A stretch of DNA of 64,000 bases from an uncultured bacterium (GCA_937124615.1 CAKZKR010000069.1:3819-67818); one strand, 5' to 3'. Numbered from the stretch's first letter, positions 10,801 through 19,929 are shown. Translations and numbers: made by a program. Notes: generated from the sequence alone by a model not told the origin.

Positions 10801-12426
10801 TCAGAAGAAGCAAATATCCCTGTATTACAAACCCTTATAAAGAAAACTCTATGGAGTAGAGGTATCCCCTCAAATGAAATTTCTTTTCAGGATTGGATAC
10901 AAAAAAACCATATGAGTTCATCTCTCTATATTTGGACAGGCACAACAACCTCTTACGAAAACCTGAAGAAGTTTATCAATGATATAAGTCCTACAATAAA
11001 TAATGAAGTTATCAAAAGAAGTGAATTTGGAACACCTTTTGTTATAGATGTCCAAGAAAACAATTCCAATTACACCATTTTGGGATTTATAGCCAACACA
11101 ACCGAAAAGTTAGGCTCTGTTATCAACAATTTTTTGAACATGCTGAACCAGCGTAATGAATTTTTTATCCCCTCTGCCGTCAGCAAAATTCAGGGGAAAG
11201 AAATTCCTTCTCAAGGCTATGCCCTTTTGTTTAAAGGGACAAAACTCGTTTATAACAATCCAAATCATTCTTTTTACTTATATCACGGTAATATCGATAT
11301 AAGAAACCCATCTCCTCGTGTGAATGCAATACCAATCCATTATCAAATTGTTCCATTTTCAGGGCACTGGCTAAAAGCAAATCTAATAGAACAAGGGAGT
11401 GAAAAACCTCTCCTCTCTGCAATAACAGGATTTCATGGGGGACCGTGGCAGAACAATACCCGTTTTCTTTCTGTAAGCAATCCCAACATTATCATTTCTG
11501 GTATCAAATCCATGGGCACAGGAATTCCCTTTATCCAAACAGACCGAAATAGTCCCATAGATATGTTTATTGTAAGACTAAATTGTTTAACTCAACAAAA
11601 ACAGGAATGTTCGTTAACCAGTGCGTTTACCATCAGCAAGATTCAATCTCTTACACCTTTGGAAAATTCGGAAACATCCTTAACCAATCTAAAAGAAGAA
11701 AGTATCGAATTTAACCCCTGGGATATACGAACCTTTGCTGTCTCTCTAAAAAAAGTATCTGTCCCTAACAAAACTCCTTTTGATATGAAAGACATACATT
11801 ATTCCTACGATAACAACAATGTTTTCCCTCTCCAATATACCATTAAAACTCCCATTCTGAAAATGACCCCTATAAAGACATCTTTAACAAACAATATAGA
11901 GTTAACCATTTGTAATTTAGATACAAACAAGACCATTCAAGGGATTGTGTATTTTGAAACACCTAAAAATTACATTCTCAAAACTTCACAGGTCCCTTAT
12001 GACTTACCTCCTTTGACGGTTGTCCAACACACCATCCCTTACGAACAAACTGAGATAGGAAATTCAAACCTTTTTGCTAATGCATGGACAGAAGTAGATG
12101 GCAAAATTGTTCGTACTTTTCTAATAGGAGATGAATTTCCGGCAAAAATTCGCTACGAAAAAGACATTTCTCAAATTAAAATAATCATAGAGAATACACT
12201 TGACATACCCTTATATGGAAACATCGCGTGGACATCTATTCAATATTCACCAACCAACCACAATTTACACTTCAACAAATTTATCAAACCAGAATTTACT
12301 GAACTTTATATAAAACCCCATGAAACAAATGTATACACTTTCCTACCCGGAGATACCGCACTTACAGCCTCACCCATAGCCCGCATCCAAATTAATAACA
12401 AGATAAACTTCTTACCCATTCAATAA
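7801..12426 (+). CDS. Giant secreted protein (1541 aa) with an alpha-mannosidase (GH38)-like C-terminal beta-sandwich signature
   Basis: Signal peptide (LFIFYFFITIPLTAQE). Mid-protein block HAVVVLNPNSTVKSLPVIANVP...FHLHTVRQE...YQIEFIAEEIPPLGIKTFYLV...IENDFLLLRINTKTGNISQIIDKTTGKDII recalls the 'VVVFNPL...E..ENEYLRV.FD..TG.L.SI.DK' pattern of GH38 C-terminal domains. No HxHxD-type catalytic N-domain motif seen. Confidence 0.55.
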   Translation: MNEMKKNIIHSLSELFTLFIFYFFITIPLTAQEPLPDILQRGYISQWLVCGPFPSDLSKGIRNAIRNNESPLGTRDFWTSKGGITQLLPQVGEKVDIDGITYTWLPFTVKSPGINFYTLQPPEECIFYLSAYVQVPDDQVVYINLQTPLGARLWISKTLIRDVKAMPVEHLGIDRALVRLRKGLNLFVIQVPFLSIQSINDITGIPINEIPTKLWSQKEPNIGQTGYELTFHIHPIEPAGSIFYVPLLESSRKFTGSGVDPKQVFYLTIYNPTSKQIFPVDINAWVMPLNFSLPSQQISLQPQEEIRLPIQIPNKTRKENEKINVRMLITAPNEQGEKKTSEFLAQINLLETEPLSKTYLLTGTWGKPRNGNDISEYFHWKKEACKTQIWTAYEYPEYGTDIGSGNLWLSMLSENPEMLVHSRETLARGKSTAQNIFSPIDERLVSIETILMNILIGTKLKEGIWKEFNKSFIAWDYPYLTPQTSHIINKSHFKGILFNLSNYLTPPLAFLREPTGNSVMVRTLETPPSFRNFQEIKKWAYISHKEIESLIPEIDVLLLENTSSHLNTNILPELKNEVPPFYFYSIGSSEFFEEIQDFLYSRNEIDRIPHIFQPLYSKEELPDLLSNSFLKTCLYQFEENLTLSQITSTIASIFGMSYPDELITRLWTLLLQIAEPNIINAHLTDNEITSLLFQFSTGIHDTEKIIQQTMKYIAETTNTLTHIADNKQNSHAVVVLNPNSTVKSLPVIANVPIPNTNYSLMTFDGKPVPFHLHTVRQETSSIVTYQIEFIAEEIPPLGIKTFYLVPENKPSLPVKASDNFIENDFLLLRINTKTGNISQIIDKTTGKDIIPPENNFDIVGFAKPDKRNFKPFSETLTKYETYKSDLLQRITIQFENQNGTLTKEYCVYQKVPRIFCFHNYSPPPKLPEETITSAFPTLDDNTVAIYGSQSFAFSAPPLNSDGGDGSSLFFAHRFFAKSPGDYIKNEENLAIPLTNVNFIKSEEANIPVLQTLIKKTLWSRGIPSNEISFQDWIQKNHMSSSLYIWTGTTTSYENLKKFINDISPTINNEVIKRSEFGTPFVIDVQENNSNYTILGFIANTTEKLGSVINNFLNMLNQRNEFFIPSAVSKIQGKEIPSQGYALLFKGTKLVYNNPNHSFYLYHGNIDIRNPSPRVNAIPIHYQIVPFSGHWLKANLIEQGSEKPLLSAITGFHGGPWQNNTRFLSVSNPNIIISGIKSMGTGIPFIQTDRNSPIDMFIVRLNCLTQQKQECSLTSAFTISKIQSLTPLENSETSLTNLKEESIEFNPWDIRTFAVSLKKVSVPNKTPFDMKDIHYSYDNNNVFPLQYTIKTPILKMTPIKTSLTNNIELTICNLDTNKTIQGIVYFETPKNYILKTSQVPYDLPPLTVVQHTIPYEQTEIGNSNLFANAWTEVDGKIVRTFLIGDEFPAKIRYEKDISQIKIIIENTLDIPLYGNIAWTSIQYSPTNHNLHFNKFIKPEFTELYIKPHETNVYTFLPGDTALTASPIARIQINNKINFLPIQ

Positions 12427-12478
12427 AACACATCCATTCTTCAATTATTATGTTATGGTTTTGGACATGAGAAAATGT

Positions 12479-14707
12479 TTATCTAAACCATGGGATAGGG
12501 AAAACAGTTAATTCCGGGGCGTCATACGGGTCTGTTGGGTCAGTCCCATAACGAATTTCAAGTAAATCATTTACTCGGTCGCCATCGGTATCACGAAGGT
12601 TCGGATTTGTTACAAATCCGAATATTCCACGAACTTCGTCATAGTCTGATAATCCATCACCATCCGTATCTGCTTTATTTGGGTCTGAAGTATATCCAAA
12701 AACTCCATGGGTTTCATCGTAATCGGATAATCCATCCCCATCTGTATCGATATCATTATCCAAAATTGTAACTTCATAAGTCTGGTTTGTTGTATCCAAT
12801 TGTAAACATCGTGGGTTCTTAAATCTTATTTGTATAGTTTTATCCTGTTCTTTATGTGTATTGTCGTAAATGGTAAGGGTAATGTTTTTCTGAGTTGTAT
12901 TTTGAGAAAATGAGACGGGATTTGGAGCAATTGTAAAATCGATTCCTTGTTGGGCATTTATAGTTTCCACTTCCAATTCTACTTCACTCTCAGAAACTCT
13001 CGACGGAGAGGTTAATAATACAAGAATCTGTCTGGTTGTGTTTTCCTCTGTAACGGTTGTGGACTTCTGGTAAAAACGAACTTTGGGTTGTTCCAAGTAT
13101 TGCTTTGCAATATTATATGTAACATCAAATCGACCGAAATAATCAGGTTCATCAGGCGTGCTACACGAAGCACCTCCACCCCATAACTGTCCTATGATTT
13201 GCCGAGTAGCCGTAAGCATAAGAGGACTTCCTGAAGAACCGGGCTCCGTCGTTCCCTCACTCCATTGGACTTCATGGAAAAAGTTAGGATAGCGGTTGTT
13301 GATACTGGTTTTCGCTCCGAAACTAATCCGTTTATAACTACCAGATGGATGGTGAATATCTGTAACCAGTGTGCCAACCGATGGCACCATCGTTGTCCAA
13401 CCTACATACACAGCACTTTCAGGAGGCGTATTCCTCATCCGCAATAGGGAAAAGTCATTCCCTCCTCCATAAGATGCACTTCCAGCCATTCCGGCGAGGT
13501 AATCCGCCCCACCTGTGGTTCGGGGCACTGTATTTATAGGAGGGGGTGTCCCATTGCAGGTAGCAGTTTGATAAAACCAATAGAATTCCACAGACTCTGC
13601 ACCTCTTGTTCCTGTTTGTGAACTTACGCAATGTTTTGCAGTGAGGATATAAGGGATTTGGGTGCATGGGTCGTTATCATTAATCAATGTCCCTGTGCAA
13701 AATAAGGCGTACGGCGTTCCTACTATCCCTAATCCTACTATCCCTTTACTGGTCTCGAACCAGTTGGGATAACAAGTCACATCAAGATTACAGCTCCCTG
13801 CTTTTGAAAGTAAAAACATGGGATCTTTATAAACCCCAATAACTTCTTGTATTTTAAAAGCAACATTCCCGACACTTTTATCCGGTGGAACCCAACAAAC
13901 AACAGTCACGCGGTCCGTAAAACATGTAGGCAACCATCCATCCATCTTTTTTACCTCTTCAGATGAAAAAGGTCCCCATGTATCATCTGATTTCCTTTCC
14001 GAATTGACCACCCAGAAATACACATCAGAGAGAGAAGTATTGTCAATTAAAGGCTCAACTCTTACACGAACGCCTAAGCTCTCTGGATAATATAAATCCA
14101 GTATCCATAGCAAATCCCCATCCGGAAGTACCTGCCAGATACCATCCGAACTTGTAAGTCCGACAACTTCTACAGATTTTGTCAAAGATTGAACAATACC
14201 TATCCGATAAACACCCTTTTCCAGAGCAATTATGGATTTCTTTTCTTCTTCTAATAATTTTTGTCTTGGTAAGGGAGGTAATGTAATAACAGGGGGAAGT
14301 ATTGTTACTTTATTTAATAAGTCAAATACTTCTTCTTTACCTTCAATGGATTTCTCCATTGGAGCAACAGCAATTGCAGGTTCAGAAAAAACAGATACTT
14401 CTCCTACATTTCTTCCCATCTTCTTCACTATTCCAAAATTTTCAATTTGTTCATTGGACAGAATCTGTTCCCCATTAAAATAAACTTCTGAAACTTCACC
14501 TGTATCTTTGTTTTCAAAAATAACCCCCTTTAATAGGATATTGGGGGCTTTTTGAGCCTTTTCTACCCACGATTGTAATACATTATATTTCTCCGTAGTT
14601 TCTGTTAATGAGGAATATGTCAGTTCTGGAAATGTTTCTGGGAAAGTAGGAAAATAAAATAGCAGTAAAAAAGAAAAAACAAAGATAATGTTTAATATTT
14701 TACTCAT
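12479..14707 (-). CDS. Secreted trypsin-fold (S1-like) serine peptidase with a C-terminal Calx-beta-like domain and thrombospondin type-3 (TSP3) calcium-binding repeats
   Basis: Signal peptide. His block ILTAKHCV, Ser block TEPGSSGSPLM. Three DTDGDGLSDYDE-type repeats at the C-terminus. Paralog of the next gene. Confidence 0.65.
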   Translation of the reverse strand: MSKILNIIFVFSFLLLFYFPTFPETFPELTYSSLTETTEKYNVLQSWVEKAQKAPNILLKGVIFENKDTGEVSEVYFNGEQILSNEQIENFGIVKKMGRNVGEVSVFSEPAIAVAPMEKSIEGKEEVFDLLNKVTILPPVITLPPLPRQKLLEEEKKSIIALEKGVYRIGIVQSLTKSVEVVGLTSSDGIWQVLPDGDLLWILDLYYPESLGVRVRVEPLIDNTSLSDVYFWVVNSERKSDDTWGPFSSEEVKKMDGWLPTCFTDRVTVVCWVPPDKSVGNVAFKIQEVIGVYKDPMFLLSKAGSCNLDVTCYPNWFETSKGIVGLGIVGTPYALFCTGTLINDNDPCTQIPYILTAKHCVSSQTGTRGAESVEFYWFYQTATCNGTPPPINTVPRTTGGADYLAGMAGSASYGGGNDFSLLRMRNTPPESAVYVGWTTMVPSVGTLVTDIHHPSGSYKRISFGAKTSINNRYPNFFHEVQWSEGTTEPGSSGSPLMLTATRQIIGQLWGGGASCSTPDEPDYFGRFDVTYNIAKQYLEQPKVRFYQKSTTVTEENTTRQILVLLTSPSRVSESEVELEVETINAQQGIDFTIAPNPVSFSQNTTQKNITLTIYDNTHKEQDKTIQIRFKNPRCLQLDTTNQTYEVTILDNDIDTDGDGLSDYDETHGVFGYTSDPNKADTDGDGLSDYDEVRGIFGFVTNPNLRDTDGDRVNDLLEIRYGTDPTDPYDAPELTVFPIPWFR
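12580..12750 (-). repeat. Intragenic roughly 80-nt periodic repeat encoding the TSP3 calcium-binding repeats of the peptidase
   Basis: Near-identical units such as gtcatagtctgataatccatcaccatccgtatc (12637-12670) and atcgtaatcggataatccatccccatctgtatc (12716-12748), plus a third copy with ...gccatcggtatc near 12590. Confidence 0.5.
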
Positions 14708-14768
14708 TTTTTATAACCTACAGCCTTTTTTAGTTTAACAATCTTTTTAACAAATTTATTTTACTCAA

Positions 14769-16541
14769 TTATTGTACCTGATTTTCTATTATCCGAATAT
14801 CAGATGCATCTGTTGCTCCATCATTATTTAAATCGGACTTTATCCTCGTTTTAGCACCTAAAACAGCTTTCACGACAAAACTTATGTCTTCATAATCAAC
14901 AATACCTGAACCGTCCACATCAAATATATTCGGAGGAATAAAAATATACGGTTCAAGCAACGGATAACTTATATCAAACCGTCCAAAATAGTCAGGTTCG
15001 TTCATATATACACAACTGGCATTCCCGCCCCAAAGTTGTCCTATAATTTGCTGGGTATCTGCTCGGAACAAAGGACCTCCTGATGAACCACTTTCGGTAC
15101 TGCTCAAATTATAGATTACCTCATGGTATCGATCTAAAGGGCGCAAATTAACTCCTCGCCCTAATGGACTCCCGGTATCTGTCGTTTTCCCAAATGAAAT
15201 TCGTTTATAAGAGCGACCAGGATGGTGGATAGCGACAACATCAGTTCCAATTGGGGACAATGCATTTGTAAATCCTAATTCTATCACACTATTGGGTGGA
15301 TAATTTTTCATTCTAAGTAGCGTCATATCTGTCCCTTCACTTGTAGGTGACCCCACAAGGAAATCCGCACCACCTGTTGTTTTAGAAACAGTAGTTATAT
15401 CGGGAACAATACCATTACAATCTATTGATTGATATAACCATAAAAAGTCCAAATTTTCAGCAATATATTGTGTATCCACACAATGAAACGCTGTCAAAAC
15501 GAATCGCGAAATCTGCTCATCTCTACCATCATTTAAAAGGCTTCCTGTGCAAAAAATAACATTTGGACTGGCAACTTTTACAATTCCAACAACCCCTTTA
15601 CTTAAAGTCCTCCATGGATCATAACACATCACATCTTTGTAACAGGTGCCCAGTTTCGTTAACTCATCAACAGGATTTGTATAAATATATGCATATTCGC
15701 TGACTATTATGGGAACAGATTTAATTGAAGCACTTTCTGGTAAAACATAATATAATGTAACTTCAGACGAAAGAATTAACGGGCTCCAAACATCCTCATT
15801 CTTAACAGAAACAGAAACAATTTCACCCTTATAATCATTTGCTTTAATATAAAGATTATGCAAAGGTGGAAGCATTTCCGGAAAAGCAAGATGAAGTTTA
15901 ATCCCAAGAGCACCTTCGATAAAGAAATTTAACGAATAAACATAATAGCTATCTATTTTTTCACGGGAAAACAAAATCGGAGATGTATCTTTAAAAAGAA
16001 GAAGGGGTTCGTCAAGAGAAACGACCGTTCCAATTTCCAATCCCCCCTTTTCTGGTTGTCCACTAATAACATCTTCGAGAAAAGGGAGAGGGAGATTAAA
16101 TGTATATTGAGACGGCTTTAATAGCAAATTTTTTATTAAAACCTTTTCACTTTCCACATCCTTTTTATAAGATTTTTGTTGAATCTCTCCCGTAGAATTG
16201 GGAACATTGACAACATTGGAAAACCAATTTTTGGGATTTATATTGAAATATTTCAAATCTCCTATCTCCAACTTATTACCCTTTTCGTCAAAATATATTT
16301 CTTCATACAAACCCGTTTTAATATCTTCCAATAAAACACCATATATACTACCCTTTTTTGTATGTTCAACCCACAGCAATTGGATCTTATAATCCCCTTC
16401 ATAGTATCCGGACTCCTCCAAATATTGCTCGATAACAATAGGGAAAGAAGTATCCAATCCATTTATAGAAAAACTAAAAAATAATAAAAAGAAAAAAGAA
16501 AACAACCATCGAAGTCCCATTATGTATCTTAACAACTCCAA
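14769..16541 (-). CDS. Secreted trypsin-fold (S1-like) serine peptidase, paralog of the upstream gene, with a C-terminal dockerin-like EF-hand pair
   Basis: Signal peptide. His block VLTAFHCV, Ser block TESGSSGGPLF. C-terminus has DVDGSGIVDYEDISFVVKAVLG...DLNNDGATDASDIRIIENQ (dockerin type-I-like duplicated Ca-binding loop). The N-terminal pro-region resembles that of the 742-aa paralog. Confidence 0.65.
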   Translation of the reverse strand: MELLRYIMGLRWLFSFFFLLFFSFSINGLDTSFPIVIEQYLEESGYYEGDYKIQLLWVEHTKKGSIYGVLLEDIKTGLYEEIYFDEKGNKLEIGDLKYFNINPKNWFSNVVNVPNSTGEIQQKSYKKDVESEKVLIKNLLLKPSQYTFNLPLPFLEDVISGQPEKGGLEIGTVVSLDEPLLLFKDTSPILFSREKIDSYYVYSLNFFIEGALGIKLHLAFPEMLPPLHNLYIKANDYKGEIVSVSVKNEDVWSPLILSSEVTLYYVLPESASIKSVPIIVSEYAYIYTNPVDELTKLGTCYKDVMCYDPWRTLSKGVVGIVKVASPNVIFCTGSLLNDGRDEQISRFVLTAFHCVDTQYIAENLDFLWLYQSIDCNGIVPDITTVSKTTGGADFLVGSPTSEGTDMTLLRMKNYPPNSVIELGFTNALSPIGTDVVAIHHPGRSYKRISFGKTTDTGSPLGRGVNLRPLDRYHEVIYNLSSTESGSSGGPLFRADTQQIIGQLWGGNASCVYMNEPDYFGRFDISYPLLEPYIFIPPNIFDVDGSGIVDYEDISFVVKAVLGAKTRIKSDLNNDGATDASDIRIIENQVQ

Positions 16542-16650
16542 AAAAATAAATAGTTTAAATCAAGTACCATTTTTCTATACTATAAGTTTACCTGAAAATA
16601 AATATTTTTGACGAATTAATATTTTAAAAAAACAGAATTAAAATATTACA

Positions 16651-17811
16651 TTGTTAGTAAGGTTCTGTATGAAAGTAGTTAAATATTTTATACTACCCTT
16701 ATTTTTTTGCAATGTTATCTTTTCTCTGGAAAACGAACCCCAATGTCCTGCTATTCATATAACTTTGAAAAGTAACGATCTTCTTTCAGATGTAATTTTC
16801 CCAAAAAGCAAAAATTCCTGTCCAAATATATGCCTGGATATTACTGCTCAGGATATACAAATAGTTCAGAACCTTCATATATCTTTTAATAGCAAAAGGG
16901 CCCCTTCTAAACTTATAAAAGATACAAATTATAAAGAGATAAGAAAAACAGAGAATTTGAATTTTAAGGTTATATCCTGGCTTGAAGAAGTAGAAACTCC
17001 TGAGACAAGAGAAACACGGAAGTACTACCTTGTTTTATTAGAGTCTTCAAAACAAATTTTGTTCTGGATTGAAAGTGAAGCAGAAATAGACTTTTGTGAA
17101 TTAATTAATGGTAATAAGGACAGAGAAACAATCACTATAATGGAAACGAAAAAATCCCTCGTTTTTTCAAAAAATCAGAAAATACAGTCTGCTCTAATTC
17201 CCATAGTTCCATCAACTTTTGAAAAAAAAGACGAAACAGAAAGGAATCTCTTCCTTTTTACTAAAGATCGACTTTTCGTCCCCAACATTTTCGGTTTCAT
17301 TATAACAGTTGGAGAAAAGTTCCCTCCTACAATTAATTTATATCCGTCAGACATGGGACCGGAATACGGTATTCAAATAAATATACTTTCTAATAATCCT
17401 GTTTTACCGTTTTACAATATATACCTTGCTCCGGGCAACACTGTAGTATCCTTTAATAAAAAGAGATTTGAATTTTGGGGAAAATCATGTATAGTGGAAC
17501 ACGAGAAAAGGATATACAATATATTAGGCTTTATAGACATTCATGCGATTACATATAAAGATAAATACAATCAATGGAGCCTCGCTTTTTATAAGCCAAC
17601 ACACGGATATTTACAATTGAATGGAAAAATAAATACCCTGCTTAATTCACTCCTATACATAGATACCATACAACAGGGTTCAAGAACCAGGGGGCTTTGC
17701 CAGATAGACAAAAGTGATTACTTTGATTTCGAAATACCCACCTGTATTGAGAATAAAATCCCCATTCCCGAAAAGATTATGTTGAACTCCCCCACTCCGA
17801 AAAATAAATAA
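16651..17811 (+). CDS. Hypothetical secreted protein
   Basis: Hydrophobic N-terminal signal (MKVVKYFILPLFFCNVIFS). No recognisable motifs. Divergent from the peptidase pair. Confidence 0.4.
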   Translation: MLVRFCMKVVKYFILPLFFCNVIFSLENEPQCPAIHITLKSNDLLSDVIFPKSKNSCPNICLDITAQDIQIVQNLHISFNSKRAPSKLIKDTNYKEIRKTENLNFKVISWLEEVETPETRETRKYYLVLLESSKQILFWIESEAEIDFCELINGNKDRETITIMETKKSLVFSKNQKIQSALIPIVPSTFEKKDETERNLFLFTKDRLFVPNIFGFIITVGEKFPPTINLYPSDMGPEYGIQINILSNNPVLPFYNIYLAPGNTVVSFNKKRFEFWGKSCIVEHEKRIYNILGFIDIHAITYKDKYNQWSLAFYKPTHGYLQLNGKINTLLNSLLYIDTIQQGSRTRGLCQIDKSDYFDFEIPTCIENKIPIPEKIMLNSPTPKNK

Positions 17812-17820
17812 TTCTTATTC

Positions 17821-18417
17821 TTACGAAGCCCACCATTTCATAACTATAAAGCCACCAATTAACAAAACAGTAAACGCAACTACACACCAGTCAAACCAGC
17901 GGTCTATAAAATTCCGTATCCTTTCCCCCAAAATAAAAATTAATACACTAACAAGGAAAAAACGGGCCGAGCGACCAACTATAGATGCAATAAGAAACAT
18001 CGGAAAATTAATAGTACAAACCCCAGCAGCGATTGTTATAACTTTATATGGAATAGGTGTAAAAGCGGCAATAAAAACGATCCAAAAGTTATACTGTTCA
18101 TACAAATTTTTCACATGTTCAAATGCTTCAGGCGTAAATCCCGGAATATAGTTGAAAAAGAAATCCTGGACCACCATCCACACGCTATAACCTATTACAT
18201 ATCCAAATATCCCACCAATAACAGAACCTAATGTACACAAAAAAGCAAACCAAAAAGACCTCAAACGATTTCCTATACAGAGAGCTATTAGAAGGACATC
18301 CGGCGGAATAGGGAAAAAACTGGATTCTGCAAAGGCTAAGAGGAACAAAGCCCAGGCCCCATAGGGACTTTCTGCCCAACTCAAAACCCAATCATACAAC
18401 TTTCTTAACAATTTCAT
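17821..18417 (-). CDS. YqaA/DedA-superfamily (VTT-domain) small membrane protein
   Basis: The N-terminus WALFLLAFAESSFFPIPPDVLLIAL is characteristic of YqaA-type DedA-related proteins. 4-5 TM. Confidence 0.55.
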   Translation of the reverse strand: MKLLRKLYDWVLSWAESPYGAWALFLLAFAESSFFPIPPDVLLIALCIGNRLRSFWFAFLCTLGSVIGGIFGYVIGYSVWMVVQDFFFNYIPGFTPEAFEHVKNLYEQYNFWIVFIAAFTPIPYKVITIAAGVCTINFPMFLIASIVGRSARFFLVSVLIFILGERIRNFIDRWFDWCVVAFTVLLIGGFIVMKWWAS

Positions 18418-18465
18418 TAATCACAGCCCTCATGTGAGAAATTAATTATAAATTAATTATAAGTT

Positions 18466-19221
18466 TTATAGTTCAATACGCGGGTCATAAAAGTGAGATA
18501 AGGCAGAATGATTGGTAAGGTCCCTTTGAAGGGGTGTAATACTAATTTGATTCTGCTCTATTGCATCAAAATCAGTCCCTGGTTCCTGAATATGAGTCGG
18601 TTGTGCTCCCCCTATCCAGTAATATATTTGTCCCCGAGGGTCATATCTTTTAATAATCTCATCCTGATAATTTCTCTGTCCCATTTTCGTAATTGCAACC
18701 CCTTTTAATTCAGAATAAGGAACATCGGGAACATTTACATTTAACATAGTATCGGCAGGAAGTCCATATTTTAGAATATAGCGGGCTAATTTAACCGCAA
18801 AAATACCTGCGGACTCAAAATTTTCAGGTTCATGACTCACAACTGAAATAGCAAAGGATGGAACCCCCAATAACATACCCTCGAAAGCTCCCGCAACAGT
18901 GCCAGAGTAGGTAACATCGTCGCCAAGATTGGCACCTGCATTTATTCCTGCAATAATTAAAGAAGGTTTAACCCCTAATAAATCTCGGACCGCTAACATA
19001 ACACAGTCTGTCGGCGTCCCATCTACCATGTGCCATTTATCCTTCATTGGAGTCACCCTTAATGGTTTTCTTAGAGATACACTATGTCCCACAGCGCTTT
19101 GTTCTCGGTCTGGGGCAAAAACATATACATCACCAATACTTTCCATCATCTCAGATAGATGCGACAAACCTTTCGCATGGATACCATCATCATTAGTTAA
19201 AAGAATTATAGGTTTTGGCAT
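18466..19221 (-). CDS. surE: 5'/3'-nucleotidase SurE
   Basis: N-terminal hallmark PIILLTNDDGIHAKGL. Length 251 aa is typical. Confidence 0.9.
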   Translation of the reverse strand: MPKPIILLTNDDGIHAKGLSHLSEMMESIGDVYVFAPDREQSAVGHSVSLRKPLRVTPMKDKWHMVDGTPTDCVMLAVRDLLGVKPSLIIAGINAGANLGDDVTYSGTVAGAFEGMLLGVPSFAISVVSHEPENFESAGIFAVKLARYILKYGLPADTMLNVNVPDVPYSELKGVAITKMGQRNYQDEIIKRYDPRGQIYYWIGGAQPTHIQEPGTDFDAIEQNQISITPLQRDLTNHSALSHFYDPRIEL

Positions 19222-19569
19222 GATAAATACCTTTTATTTTGGATTTAGATTATTTCTTACAAAAACCAAATCAGACAATTTTGACTTCTAATATACCATA
19301 AACTATATTACAAAATCAAAATTAACCTAAAATAATTAATTATAAACTACTAATAATCTGTTTTATAAACAAAACAAATTTTCTTGTAATTAACAAGCAA
19401 ATAATATTAGCATTATTATTATATTATAAATAGGAAATAAATTGAAGTGAAGCAATGTATTAACTTATAGAAAATTTGAAACAAAAATTTAATAATATGT
19501 TATAATTAAATAGAAATAAAAATTCCTTTTTTTATTGTTTATCACACTGGATAATCGGAGTTATAAGAT
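19222..19569. promoter_or_regulatory. Extremely AT-rich intergenic region (probable promoter or curved DNA) upstream of the orphan response regulator
   Basis: 348 nt with almost no G/C runs and many A/T tracts (aaataaattgaag..., ttataattaaatagaaataaaaatt). Confidence 0.3.
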
Positions 19570-19929
19570 GTGAAATTATTGTTTGTAGATGATGACCAAA
19601 ATTTGATTAATATTTTTATGAAGTGGGCTTCTATAAAAGGTCTTGAGGCCAAATTCGCTTATAATGGATATGAAGTACTTGAATTAGTCGAAAAAGAGAA
19701 CTTCGATCTCATACTAATGGACATCGATATGCCTATTCTTGATGGTATCACAACTGCAAAGAAATTAGAAAAATTAATCCCTCAAACAAAAATTCTGATA
19801 TTAACGGGTTTACACCCAAAATTTTCAAAAAAGTTACCACAAAATATTGTGGGTATTTTATTGAAACCCATTTCATTAAAAGAGTTAACTCAAAAACTAT
19901 CTCACATAATGAACTCTCAACAGTTGTAA
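19570..19929 (+). CDS. Stand-alone CheY-like response-regulator receiver domain (GTG start)
   Basis: DD acidic pair (FVDDD), phospho-acceptor Asp in LILMDIDMP, Thr in ILILTG, Lys in LLKP. No output domain. An ATG two nt upstream runs into an immediate stop, so GTG at 19570 is used. Confidence 0.7.
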   Translation: MKLLFVDDDQNLINIFMKWASIKGLEAKFAYNGYEVLELVEKENFDLILMDIDMPILDGITTAKKLEKLIPQTKILILTGLHPKFSKKLPQNIVGILLKPISLKELTQKLSHIMNSQQL

